NCBI RefSeq assembly: GCF_009914755.1
Contig: NC_060925.1
Source: the human T2T-CHM13v2.0 reference genome, Homo sapiens
DNA: 64,000 nt
Direction: 5' to 3' (one strand)
Shown: piece by piece, positions 27,141 through 38,790 of the stretch
Position numbering within the stretch: the first letter of the stretch is position 1
How the letters are laid out: each line of letters begins with the position of its first letter
Made by a program: the position numbers and the translations under genes
The notes under the pieces: generated by a model
The model's input: only the letters and a program-made list of their open reading frames with translations
Databases searched by the model: none
What the model was told of the DNA's origin: nothing

Positions 27141-28239
27141 GTATACTAAGATTATCCCAGAGCTGCTGTCCTATTCAAGTCGATTCCTACTGTGTGCTTA
27201 GTCATCATACTAGACTCAAGGCAGTGTGTGGGGTCAAAGGGAGAGAGAATCCAGAAAAGAAACAAATAAAGGTTTGAGAAAAAGAATAATAAGGGACCCA
27301 TCTGGATGGGTGGTAGGAGAAGACCTCTCTGAGGAGGTAGAGGAGGTAACATTTAAGCTGAACCCTAAAGGATGGCAGGGAGGGAGTCTGCCATGGGAAG
27401 AAGCCAAGAGGAGTAGTTTTCTAGGCAGAGAGAAGGGCACAGGAGGCCCCTAATCTGAGAGCCTAGGATCTCATGGTTGCTGTGACATGAGGCTCATTAG
27501 AGGAGATGACCTTTCTGCCGTGCCCTGATTCTGAGATGCTGGCAGACAAGGCTGGGGTGGAAGAGCCTTTGGGGCACAGAAACTTGCATGGGCAAAGACC
27601 CAGAGGTGGGAAAGATTCCAGCAAATTCGCCTCCCTATCACTGGCTTTAAATGTTTTCATTTTATACTCTTAAGATATTTTAAATGGAATATTCGCCCCA
27701 CCCTCATCCCACTACCCTGACAGCTGTTTATTCTCCACATTCCCTTCTAGTCCTCGTCTCTTCACAGACACTCCCATGGTTGTCTTTTCTGCTAATCTTG
27801 AGTTTGTCGAACCCACAGTCAGCTTCCAGGTGTTGCTGGGTCTCTTGCACAAATCTCAGCCTCAGTGTCTTCCTCACCAAAGCAACTCACTCGACTGGAC
27901 AAAGACACACTGAATCTTGCAACATTGCCAATGCTTGGAACGATTTCTTCCTGCAGAGGACAGCGTGGTTTTAATAAGTTTAAAAAGTATATTTGGAGTT
28001 TTACGCCTCTCCCTCATCCTCAGCCTTCCATATGTAGAGAACAGAAGACTTCCAGAGGGACCCAACTTCCTTTTCCAAATGTATGCTTTGAGCTCTCATT
28101 AGCCACCCTTTGACATCTAGTCCAGACTGAGCCTGCTTCTACCCACAGCACCCCACTCCAGCCCCAGAACTTGTCTTGGGCATGTAGATGAGCCCAGCCT
28201 TAGGAAAGCTCCTGCCCTAGCCTGTACTCTCACTTCTAT

Positions 28240-28405
28240 TTTCCACCTTTTAAGTAAAATGATTTGCCTCTCTAAGCCTCAGTCTCCTCACCATAAAATG
28301 GAGATAATAACTAGACCTTCTCCTCTAAAGGTTGATGTGGAGGTAAAATTAGGTGCTACAAGTTAAGAGCTTGGAATTGAGCAGGTGCCTGGCAATTATT
28401 ACTTC
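28240..28405 (+). mobile_element. MIR
   Basis: CCTCTCTAAGCCTCAGTCTCCTCA…TAAAATGGAGATAATAA. Confidence 0.8.
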
Positions 28406-28799
28406 CTCACCTTCCTTACCCTCCTCATTATGAACAGCAACTTTTGGAAACACCCTTCATATTTTCTCAGCTCCACTTTACAAAATAACATCCTTCCTGG
28501 GCTGTCAGCCTGGCTGAACATGCGCTAGAAGTATGTCTTGCAGGCATCCCTTTGGGCACCAAGCCAAGATGTAAATGAGATTGTTCGCAATGAAGAAAGT
28601 GTGAGCTTTTGTAGGATATATTTTTGTCCCATCTGAATGGGAATCAGCTCAGATGATAGAGCCCCTTTCCTATAAGGAGGAAATGATGCTACTTTCAGTC
28701 TCTTCTTGGCTTCCACCAGGTTGGTAGGGCAGCCTGAGAAGGTGGCAGCTTCACAGTCAGGAAACTCAGTGGGTTGTCCAGCATCCCACCATAGTGTCT

Positions 28800-29590
28800 G
28801 GTTGGTTTGTGGGTTGGGTGGGTGGGTAGATGGATGGGTATGTGCTTGGATGGGTGAGTAGGTGGTGAATGGGTGCATAGGTGGATAGATGAGTTGGTGT
28901 TTTGGTGGGTGGGGAGATGGGTGGATGGCTGTATAAATGAGTGGTTAATGGATGGATGGATGGGTAGATGGATGGATGGATGAATGAATAAATGAGTAGT
29001 GGATAGATGGATGGGTGAGTAGTTGGATGAGTGGACAGACAGATAAATGAATGAATAGGTGGGTTGATGGATAGACAGATGGCTGGATGGAACAGCTGGA
29101 TGGATGGGTGAGTGGGTGGATGAGTGGATGATGAATGGATGGATAGTGAGTGGATGGGTGGGTGGATGGATGGATGGATGGATGGATGGGTGAGTGAGTG
29201 GATGGGTGGGTGGATGGATGGATGGATGGATGGGTGAGTGGGTGGATGGTTGGGTGGATGGATGGATGAGTGAGTGGGGGTGGATGGATAGATGGATGAT
29301 TAGGTAGGTAGGTGGATGGACGGATGGATGGATAGGTGAAGGGATGGATGAGTGGATGGATGGATGGATGGATGGATGGATGGTTGGATGGATAGATGGA
29401 TGGGTGGATAGATGGGTGGGTGGATGGACGGATGAGTAAATAGGTGGATGGATGACTGAGTGGTGGATGGATGGATGAGTAAGTGGGGGATGGATGGATA
29501 AGTGGATGGATGAATGGGTAAGTAGGTGGATGGATGCATAGATGGGTGGGTGGATGGATGGATGGATGGATGGATGGATGGATGGATGGA
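28800..29590. repeat. ~790-bp degenerate (GGAT/GGGT/GAGT)n array
   Basis: Directly visible; it produces the His/Pro/Ser-rich minus-strand ORFs. Confidence 0.97.
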
Positions 29591-29708
29591 GTAAACAATT
29601 CCTTCCTTCAGTTTTGCATGCCCTTGATGAGCTGGATTGTAGTTTCCCAGATTGCCCCCATGATACCCTGTGTTCCTTATGGTGGTAATAGGTGCTCTTC
29701 AAGAGGTA

Positions 29709-30130
29709 TGTGTTGGTCTAGGTCCTCTATGGAGGAAACGCTAAAATGGAATTAAACATTTAAGGACTTTATTATGGAAAATATCTGTGAGGGAAAATGG
29801 GGAGGGAGCTGGAGACAGCTGGAGAGTGGTCAGACCTCGAGGCAAGTCGGCCCCAGAGAGATGGAGAGTGAAAGAATGTTGGGTGAAGGCATCCTAGACT
29901 GCGTGCAACCTAAAGAAGGTTTGACAAAGCTGTCCAGGAGTCCTCAAGCCAAGTTAGTCAACAGAAAAATCCCGTGTCTCCCAGGAGTGGGCTGACTTCA
30001 GATTTATGTCATGCTCCATCGTTTGCTGGGAAGAGCCCAGGGGAAGCATGGACTCTGTGCCAAGACAGCAGCTGGGCCTTTGATTAATTACACTCCCTAT
30101 ACTTGGAAGTCACCAGGTACTATGGCCAAC
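29709..30130 (-). mobile_element. ERVL solo LTR (LTR16-like)
   Basis: CTGTGAGGGAAAATGGGGAGGGAGC…GTCAGACC…GGAGTCCTCAAGCCAA. Confidence 0.7.
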
Positions 30131-30599
30131 ATAGGGGAGGAAAGTTCTATAGCGGCATGTCTTGGAGCTGCTGCATTCTACAGTTTTTGGAGACTCAAGA
30201 TGCAAGTTGGCTTAGCAAAATTGCTAAGAAGCCCTGCAATAAAGAAGCCTGTTGAATCTAGCATTTCCCAAATGTATTTGACTATGGAGCTTTTTGTCTT
30301 AGCATGATTCCAAGGACTAGAGTTTGAGATCAAGCGATCTAGGTATAACCCAAGTGTTCCTAGGCCACAAGAGAGAACAAAAAAAGGAAGGGAACCATAA
30401 CAGAGAGGAGGCAGGGGGAATGGCTCTACACAGAGGCAGAACCAGCACAAATCATGTCACTGGTTGCTTTCAACAGACCGTGAGATATTAAAAAACAAAA
30501 ACAAAAACAAAAAAACCTAGATATGGAATCTAGGTATTATTGGCCAAGGCTGACACAAGAACACATATTTATTTTAGTTGACTTAATAATCAGGCCTGC

Positions 30600-30930
30600 C
30601 ATGTACACAGTGCACTACAGTTTACAAAGCTCTTTTCTATCTGTCATCTCCCTTGAATATCACCATGACCTTGAGAATCAGGGGGGAGTTATCATCCTCA
30701 TTTTGCAGCTGACAATAACACTTACCACAGTGATCATAACTGTTGAATTTCCTGAGTGCCTTCTACCTGCCAGGCAGTAACTTAAGCATTTCCACCTTTA
30801 TTAACTATAGTCTTCTTATATAGGAAGGTGACTGTGGTTCAGAGAGGTTAAGGGACTGATTTGAGGCCACACAGCCAGCAAGCAGCAGACCCACACGTGA
30901 ACCCGGGTCTGGCTGACACCACAGCCCCTG
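30600..30930 (-). mobile_element. MIR fragments
   Basis: TTTACAAAGCTC…CCTCATTTTGCAG; CAGAGAGGTTAAG…GAACCCGGGTCTGGCTGAC. Confidence 0.7.
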
Positions 30931-31688
30931 GCAGGGAGCGAGGGGCAGCAGGAACATGCAGCCCCCTCTAAATGGGTTTTTTACAACCTGCTCTAAGTCA
31001 CAGCGAGAAGTAGGCTCAGGGAATGTAAAGTGGGTAGTGATTTTTTTCTCCCCTATTCTTTTACTGCTTTTGTTTATTGAAGGACAAATCATTGCTGTTT
31101 TCGTTTGTGTTTCTAGCACAATAAAAATAAAAGATATGCCGGCAATCTTTTTAAAAGCTTATACAATTCCAGAATTTGAGCTGTCGGATTTATGCCGCAC
31201 ACTGATCTCATAGACATCACAGTGCCATCTGCCTGGGCCCGCCAAGGGCTTCCGAAGTTGTCGTTATCAATCAAAGTAGGGTGGCCACAAGCTCAGGGGC
31301 GACAGTGGCCAACCTCCACTGACTGCAGCCGAGGCCTGTGAAGAACAGACACTGGCTGTGTTTCCCTTGCTCTGCCCAGAGTCTCAAAGCAGCCATCTTC
31401 ATTTTATTATTGAAATTGATGTAGGCTTGTAGCAGAAAAGGGATTGCAGGCCTGGGAGGTGCCTGCTGTTTTGACTCCCACCTCCATAGTCCAATCCTTG
31501 CCTTGGGTCCGCAGTGAGCTATGTACATCTGCGTCTGTGTAGTGCTCAGGTAAGAAGAGAATTTGGGAGCACACTACTTCTGTATGTCTTTACCCATCAG
31601 CCTCCCCCACCCAAATCTGTTCCATGATGCCAGGGACATTATCTGTTCCATTCAGTGCAGCATTCCCAGTGCCTAGGACAGCACCTGG

Positions 31689-31994
31689 GGCAGGGGCACA
31701 GTGGCTCACGCCTGTTATCCCACCACTTTGGGAAGCCGAGGTGGGAGGATCAGTTGAGGCCAGGAGTTGGAGATCAGCCTGGGCAAAATTTTGAGACCTC
31801 GTCTCTACAAAATATTTTAAAAAATTAGCCAGGCGTGATGGCCACCTACAGTCCTAGTTTCTTGGGAGGCTGAGGTGAGAGGATCACTCGAGCCCAGGAG
31901 TTCGAGGCTGCAGTGAACTATGATCAGGCCACTGCACTCCATCCTGGGCGACAGAGTGAGATTCTGTCTCAAAAACAAAAACAAAAACAAAAAC
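31689..31994 (+). mobile_element. Alu (AluJ) inserted into an L2 3' end (L2 about 31610-32045)
   Basis: J-type dimer with (CAAAAA)n tail; the L2 resumes at ACCTGGAACATAGAAGGTGCTCAATAAAT. Confidence 0.93.
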
Positions 31995-32299
31995 CTGGAA
32001 CATAGAAGGTGCTCAATAAATATTAGTTCAATGAATAAATGAATGTCACATACGCATGAAAAACATGCAAATTTGAGGACCAGGCAAGGGAGCGGCTCCC
32101 CACCTTGGATGTGTTCCTTGCTCCCTCTTGCAGCTTCTTCCTTCCCACACGTCTCTGAGCCTCTCCTCTGCCTTCTAAGCTCTCCTCTCTCTTTTCTTTC
32201 CTCTGCTTTGCTGCTTTTCTCTGACCTTCTCCTTCTCCCCAAGATGATGTCACCAAGTTCAGAACTTGGGATGACCCAGGAAGGGGAAGCTGCCAGAGT

Positions 32300-32460
32300 T
32301 AAGGAGACTCAGTTCTAGCTCTGCCTCTGATCTGGTCTCAGCCTGAGTTCTATCTCTCTGAGCCTCAGTTTCCTCATCTGTAAAATGGGTGCAGTGTGCC
32401 CACCACCGTGCCTACCGCAGAGGTATTTCAAGGATGGGGTGAACACAAGCTGGCAAGTGG
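32300..32460 (+). mobile_element. MIR
   Basis: CTCTCTGAGCCTCAGTTTCCTCATCTGTAAAATGGG. Confidence 0.85.
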
Positions 32461-33439
32461 GGAGGAAGTCAGAAAAAATGAAGCCAATTATCATTGCTAA
32501 CCAAAGACAACTCCTTGTCGAGGAAAGCAACAGCTCCCTCTGTAAGCACGAGCGTGTGGGGTGCAAGGAGCCTTTGTTTTGGAGTTCAGCGGGAGGCATC
32601 CAAGTGGGGAGCATGAACATCCACTCTTAAAGTCTGAAGCTACAGATGTCAACTGTCAGTAAGACCGACAGTTCCATTAGGCAGCTGCCCGCTCTCCCCG
32701 TGAGTGATTAAAACGTCGCCATCCATCCCCCATGCTATACATCATCTCGCCAGGCTGGCACTTCATCAAGGGCCATGAAGCGGGGACATTTGCATCCTCT
32801 TCCTCGGGCTGCACCAAGGCGGAGTTGGTGGAGACATCTGTGTAGCGTAGCGTGTCCTGGGAGCGCCTTGGAAACAAAAGCTGGGGAAGGCTCGAAGGGA
32901 AGAGAGAGGCCCAAGTGCATGGAGCGGGGGCTGGCTAGAGGGGCCGGATGCTGCGGCTCCAGGAAGCAGGGACCAGGGCAGGAGCAGTCACTGGGAATTG
33001 AGGTTGGGGGCCCCGGGATCATCCAGCCCCTGCCCTCATTTTACAGACCAGCGAACTGAGGCTAGGGTGGCTGAGCTCCCCTTGTTCGGCCACTCCCAGG
33101 GGAAAGTAGGATGTTTTGAGTAATATCTGCCTCCTGCAAGGGCCTGCGTTCATTCCGCTTAAGTTGCCAGGGTGTTGCACAGTGTCTGGTGCACACTGGG
33201 TGTCATGAAGTGCTGACTGATTCCAAGAAGTGGTAACCAGAGTCGCAGGGTCACTGCCACACTGAGGTTCCAGCTGAACATTACAGCCCTCATTTGAGTG
33301 TTTCTGACCACCATCTGTTATTAATTCTAATCATCGTCATCCTCATCAACAATAATAGCAATAATATTTGCCACTAACATTTTTGAGTGTTTACTACGTT
33401 CCGGGCTCTGCACTGAGCACATTAACACAAAGGTTTCGA

Positions 33440-34330
33440 GTCTCTTGTCATGTGTGTGTTCACAGAAACCCTACATTCTATAAAGTCATGCACCTAGAAT
33501 AGCAGGGCTTATGGGAATAGGGTTGGGGAAGATCATTCCAAAACTTTGGGAGTTTTGTAACCAGAGAATATTAAAAAACAATAAAACTCCCTAGAAGAAT
33601 ACTGGCGCAGCTGAATTGGTACCTAGCCTTCCTGTCGGTATTTCTATGCTCCCAGAAAGGACACATTTAAGAGCTTGCGCTTTCTCTTTCAGGATGTTGA
33701 TCCCAGAGGGCATTCGCTTCTGATAGAGACCATTTTCATCAAAATTAAAAATCGAATCCAGACTGCTGCCTTTATCATTCATCCATTGTTTCCATAGCAG
33801 CAGAAGTATTTTGAGTTTTTCCATCTTACTCACGGCTCCCCCAGATAGCTTAGCAGCAGTTCTGGAAGCCACTAAATCAACTACTGCTTGCAATAAAGAA
33901 AGGCACTTGGGTAGATTTTCTACCCCCCCTTTTTTTTTTTTTTGAAACAGAGTATCGCTCTGTTACCCAGGCTGGAGTACAGTGGTGTGATCTCGGCTCA
34001 CTTGCAACCTCCGCCTCCCAAGTTCAAGCGATTCTCCTGCCTCAGCCTCCTGAGTAGCTGGGACTACAGGTGTACGCCACCACACCCAGCTAATTTTTGT
34101 ATTTTTAATAGAGACAGGGTTTCACCATGTTTGCCAGGATGGTCTCGATCTCTTGACCTCGTGATCCGCCTGCCTCAGCCTCCCAAAGTGCTGGGATTAT
34201 AGGCATGAGCCACTGCGTCCAGCCTATTTATGCTTTTTCTAATGTTGAGAAAGCATGCTTCTGATTACTTCAAAATGTGAATGTGCTGGGGAAGATGACT
34301 CATAAACCAACATGACCTTGGCATTCTACT
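33440..34330 (-). mobile_element. TcMar-Tigger/pogo DNA transposon relic with a transposase fragment
   Basis: Minus-strand ORF 33591-33893 contains KMEKL…W and IFNFDENGLYQKRMPS…KEKAQA, matching the pogo/Tigger (V/I)FNxDETGLxWKxMP motif; split by an Alu. Confidence 0.7.
33930..34224 (-). mobile_element. Alu (AluSc-like)
   Basis: GCCAGGATGGTCTCGATCTCTTGACCTCGTGATCC. Confidence 0.95.
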
Positions 34331-34399
34331 AACCCAAGTCCCTTACTGACCAACCACATGTGAGGTTGGTCATCTGTGACATGTTTAAGGCAAAGAGAC

Positions 34400-34555
34400 T
34401 GTATCTTGTTAAATCCTCACACCAATCCAAGGAGGCTTATACGGCTAACATCATCGCCATTTTACAGACGAGAAAACCAAGGCTTAGAGAGGTTAAGCAA
34501 CTTGCCCACGGTTACTCAGATAATAAGTACAGCAAGAGTTTGAACCCAAGCAACC
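34400..34555 (-). mobile_element. MIR
   Basis: CCATTTTACAGACGAG…AGAGAGGTTAAGCAACTTGCCCA. Confidence 0.85.
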
Positions 34556-35797
34556 ATCCTCACCACCTTCCACCTCACTGCCATGGCCATCACACGTGTG
34601 TTTGCTTTCGCTGTTGCAAACTTGAGGACGGGGCCACATCTTTTTTGCAGCTCCAGCACCCAGCATTCTGTGTGGCACAGACCAGGCAAGCAGAACGTGT
34701 TTGAATGAGTGGCTCTGTTCCAGGAGAGGTTTCACCCAGAAAGTCCCACAAAGATGATAAGGGAGAGGCTGCCACCTGCCTGAGGAAGGTGGCCCTGCCA
34801 CCCTGACCACCAGATCCCTCCCCTAGGCAGGTGTACCTCCCTAAGCCCCAGACTCTGGAAGTTTTATATTGGTTTCCTAGCCCAGCTCTCAGAAGGAAAC
34901 CTATTTCTCCATTTGGGGTGTGGTTCCGAGGGCCTGCTCACAGTACCTGAGAGACAGCACGCAGTCTTTCTCCACTCTGTCCTCCAGGCCCTGCACAGTG
35001 CTGGGATCAGAGCAGAATTTGGGGATACTCCCTGAGTTGGACCAGCTATGCCTTTGTCGGGTTGGCCCTTCCACCATCAGATGTGTCAGTCCTTGGCGTT
35101 AATCCCTTCCAGTGCCCAGCCCACCTCTCCCCTCCTAGACGGCTCACAGCTGTATTAGGGAGATGGTCCACTTCTAAGTGCACCAGGATGGAGCAGCCAT
35201 CTAGGTGGGTCCCTGCAGTGTTACCTTCTTATCACATTGAGCCTGGGCCTGCCCAGGGGACCACTGCCCAAGACGCCGGCTGATGGGATAATACCTGTAA
35301 AGCCAGCATGCCCTTCGTGTCCCACAGCTAGGGGCTCCCTTCTGCGGTGGTGGGGACACCCACTCACTCCCATACTGCCAGCCTTCAGCTGCCCCACCGC
35401 TGCGATAGCCCCTGGAGCAGAATCTCAAACACCCCACACCCTGTCCCAAGGACCAACCCTTGTTGCATGTGCAGAGGGCCCATGGAGCCAGCAAATGTGG
35501 GCAAGCAAGAACAAAGGCACCCCTCATCAGAGGCTCGTTTGGGGTGTCCATTCAGGGGGCCTGTTGAGGGCCTTGAATCCTGGTCAAAGCTAGGAGTGAG
35601 GCCTTCGGGGTTACCATGCTGGGGCACCTGGCTCTTCCCACTTCCACCTGGGCGTTGACTTATCCTCTCTGGGCCTCAGTCTTCTCAGCCATGAAGTGGG
35701 ATGGCAAGGCCCGCCTGAAGGAGTGGGTGCCTGTGCAGCAGGCAGAACAGCGCCCAATACATAGACATGCTTAAGGGATGTCAGCTCTTCCTGACAT

Positions 35798-36083
35798 TGG
35801 ACGCCTTCTCATAGCAGTCATCACACTGTGTAGCGATCGCTCCACTAACCACCCCTGCAACTGCAGGTCACTGGGGGAGGGACCTAGTCCAGCTCACCCG
35901 GAATCCTCAGGGCCTAGACATGGAGACCCAGGTCCTCCGGAAGAGTTTGTGAGAGGAATGAGAAATGCGCCTGGACTTTGGAACAAGCCAAATGAAGTCA
36001 TATCTCAGCTCCTCCCATTCCCTAGATCTGTGGTTCTAGGCAATTTGTTTCTCCTTTCAAAATCTCAGGTTCCTCACCTGGGA
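35798..36083 (+). repeat. Inverted duplication, arm A (L2-end plus MIR composite)
   Basis: Hand alignment to the reverse complement of 36968-37255: about 39 mismatches and 2 small gaps over ~286 bp. Confidence 0.93.
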
Positions 36084-36801
36084 GGCAAACGTAAAGTCTG
36101 GATCTTGGGGGTCTCCCTGGATCTCCTTCTCCTTCTCTGCGTCCCTATCTCCCCTCCCCTACCATCTCCCTCCACCTTGGGGCTGTCTAACTGGACCCGG
36201 CACTGGACAGCTCCAGGTGTTTGCATTTGAGAGTTGGGCTTTCCTGGGGCCTCAGAGTAGAAGGTGGGATCCAGGTGGCCCTGAGAGATGGGCTGAGGCC
36301 CAGCAGGTGTGGACACAGCAGGCTTTCCATGCTTCAGCCCAGCTGATCTTGAATGGGGAGTCCAGCAGCCTGAGTCAGCCATGCGGCGATCAGACGGTGC
36401 CAGGCCTGCGAATGAGGAGGAACCGGAGCCAAATCCTTCCCGGGAGGCAGCAGCTCTGTGATGTTCCCTTATCAAAAGGCCCAGCCCCCTCCCCACCTGC
36501 AGGCCCTGCCCCCTCCCTGCTTCTTCCCACTGTCTAGGCTTGGTCAGCGTTTTCAGCCTCTGCCCATGCCAGGACTAGCAGTTCTGGGCGGACTTCCAAA
36601 GGGCCAGATGGTCTCGCAGGTACACTTGCCCAGGGCCCATGCCACTGGCAGAAGATGACAAGTGCAAGCCTTGGAGAACTGACTTTGAAATGGGGCAAGA
36701 GGCTCTGGGGTATGGATTGCAGCTTCTATAATCAGAAATATCACTTCTTCTGCCCGTGTAATAAGATTACGTGTTAGCTTTTATTGTGTGTCCTTGCGTG
36801 C

Positions 36802-36964
36802 CAGGCTACTCAAAGTGTGGTCCCTGTACCAGCAACATGGGCCTCCCTAGGAGCTTGTTGGAAATGCACATTCTCAGACCCCTCCCAGACCTGCTGAATC
36901 CAAATCTGTGCTTTAACCAGATCCTCAGGTGATTCCTATGCTCTTTGAAGTTTGAGCAACATTT
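36802..36964. mobile_element. MER5A1-like hAT-Charlie MITE
   Basis: CTACTCAAAGTGTGGTCC…GAGCTTGTTGGAAATGCA…CAGGTGATTCCTATGC…AAGTTTGAG. Confidence 0.88.
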
Positions 36965-36967
36965 GTT

Positions 36968-37255
36968 TCCCAGGTGAGGAACCTGAGATTCTGAAAGGAA
37001 AAATGGACCATCTAGAACCACAGATCTAGGGAATGGGTGGAGCTGGGATGTGACTTCATCTGGCTCACTCCAAAGTCCAGGCACATTCCTCATTCCTTTC
37101 ACAAACTCTTCTGGAGGAGCTGGGTATCATGCCTAGGCCCTGAGGATTCCAGATGAAGCAGACTAGGTCCCTCCCCCAGGGATCTGCGGTTGCAGGGATG
37201 GTTAGAGGAGCGATCACAACACAGTGTGACGACTGCTTTGATGAGAAGGTGCCCA
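36968..37255 (-). repeat. Inverted duplication, arm B
   Basis: Reverse complement of arm A at ~86% identity, including an exact block CCCATTCCCTAGATCTGTGGTTCTAG. Confidence 0.93.
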
Positions 37256-37344
37256 GGGCAGAGGGGCACAGAGGAGGGGCTGCAGTGGACAGGAAGGGCA
37301 TCCAATGGGAGAGGACAGAGGAGACTTGAAGAGCAAGCACGAAC

Positions 37345-37565
37345 CTGCCCAATGTTACCTCGTGGGTGCCAGGCGTTTTTCTACGTGGTGCACACCCTCT
37401 GTCTCATGGAATCCTCACCACACTGCATGAGATAGGAATGATCTTCAGCCCCATTTCTCAGATGGGGCATCTGAGGCACAGCTTACATGCCAAAGCTGCA
37501 GAGTGGATGCAGGTGGTAGGAGGGGGATTTGAACCCCTTAGTCTGGCTCTTACTCCCACACTGTC
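37345..37565 (-). mobile_element. MIR
   Basis: AATCCTCAC…CCCCATTTCTCAGATGGGG…CTGAGGCACAG…GATTTGAACCC. Confidence 0.8.
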
Positions 37566-38342
37566 CTGCCTCTCAGTGGGAGAAGAACATTCCAGACGGA
37601 TGAAATAGCCTGAACAAAGTGCAGCAGTGCCCTTAATCTGGTGCATGATCCACTGCAACTTAGTGATAGCCCCAGGCTCCAGCTGTGTCTCTTGGCCCCT
37701 CTCCCAGCCAGTCCCACCACTGACCCAGAATCAGGCTGCTCAAGGAAGTCTGGGGTCCTGACCTGTGGTCACTTGGCCCATATTGGTGCTAGTACAGAAG
37801 TTCTCCATCTATTTCAAGAGCTCCCGTGGGGGCCGAGACACCACAGCTGATGGGGAACGGTGGCCTGTGGACCACCCTTGGGCAAGAAACGAAGATCAGA
37901 GGAAGAGGAAAGTCAGCATGAAGTGAGAGGAGAGAGATGTACTTCTGGGTCAGGTTGGCCTGGATTTGAATCCCAGAGAAGCTGCAGAGTCTCAGGCAGG
38001 GACAATGTACATGGCCTCATGTAGAACTGCATGTGGAAGACCCTTTACAAGCCCACCTGGAGGGCCATCAGAGGACCAGGGGTCTCAGTTCCATGACAAC
38101 CCTAGACCTACCCCCCGGTTAGATCATCTGGCCCTTTGTGAGTGAGGTTTCTCATCTTACAGGTGCAGAAACTGAGGCACAGAGAAGAAAAGGGACTTAC
38201 CCAACAAATGCTTGTTGAGCTTGCATGTTGACTGGTGAGTGCTTCCAGCTACCATAGTGCCTAAGACAGACTCTGAGTGCCTCGTGTTTTATGGAGGACT
38301 CTTACACATAGGGCTTTCCTTTGCAGTATTTCAATCACCTCT

Positions 38343-38790
38343 TGTTTTAGTTCATTTTGTGTTGCTATAACAGAATACCTGAGACTGGGTAGTTTATACA
38401 GAAAAGAGGTTTATTTAGCTCATGGTTTTGCAGGCTGAGAAGTTCAAGGACATGACCCTGGCTTCTGGTGAGGACTTCTTGCAGTGTCACATGGTGGAGA
38501 AGGTCAAAGGGGATGCAGACCCATGTGAAGAGACAAAACCTGAGGAGTGTCCTGGCTTTATGACAACCCACTCTTGCGGGAGCTAATGCATTTCCATGAG
38601 AACTAATCCAGTCTCACCAGAGTGAGACCCTGCTCACTCCCATGAGTATGGCAGGCATTAGACCATTCAATGAGGAATGCACCTCCATGACCCAAACATC
38701 TCCCACTAGGCTGTACCTGTCTGCCACCGCACTGGGGATCGAATTTCCACATGAGTTTGGATGGGGACAAACCACATCCAAACCATAGCA
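38343..38790 (-). mobile_element. MaLR solo LTR (MSTB/MSTC-like), complete
   Basis: TGTTTTAGTTCATTTTGTGTTGCTATAACAGAATACCTGAGACTGGG … ATCCAAACCATAGCA. Confidence 0.9.

Noticed and set aside
28695-29702. 335-aa and overlapping His/Pro/Ser/Ile-rich ORFs (also at 56693-57144)
   Set aside because: They are translations of the (ATCC)n strand of GGAT arrays, open in several frames only because the repeat lacks stop codons.
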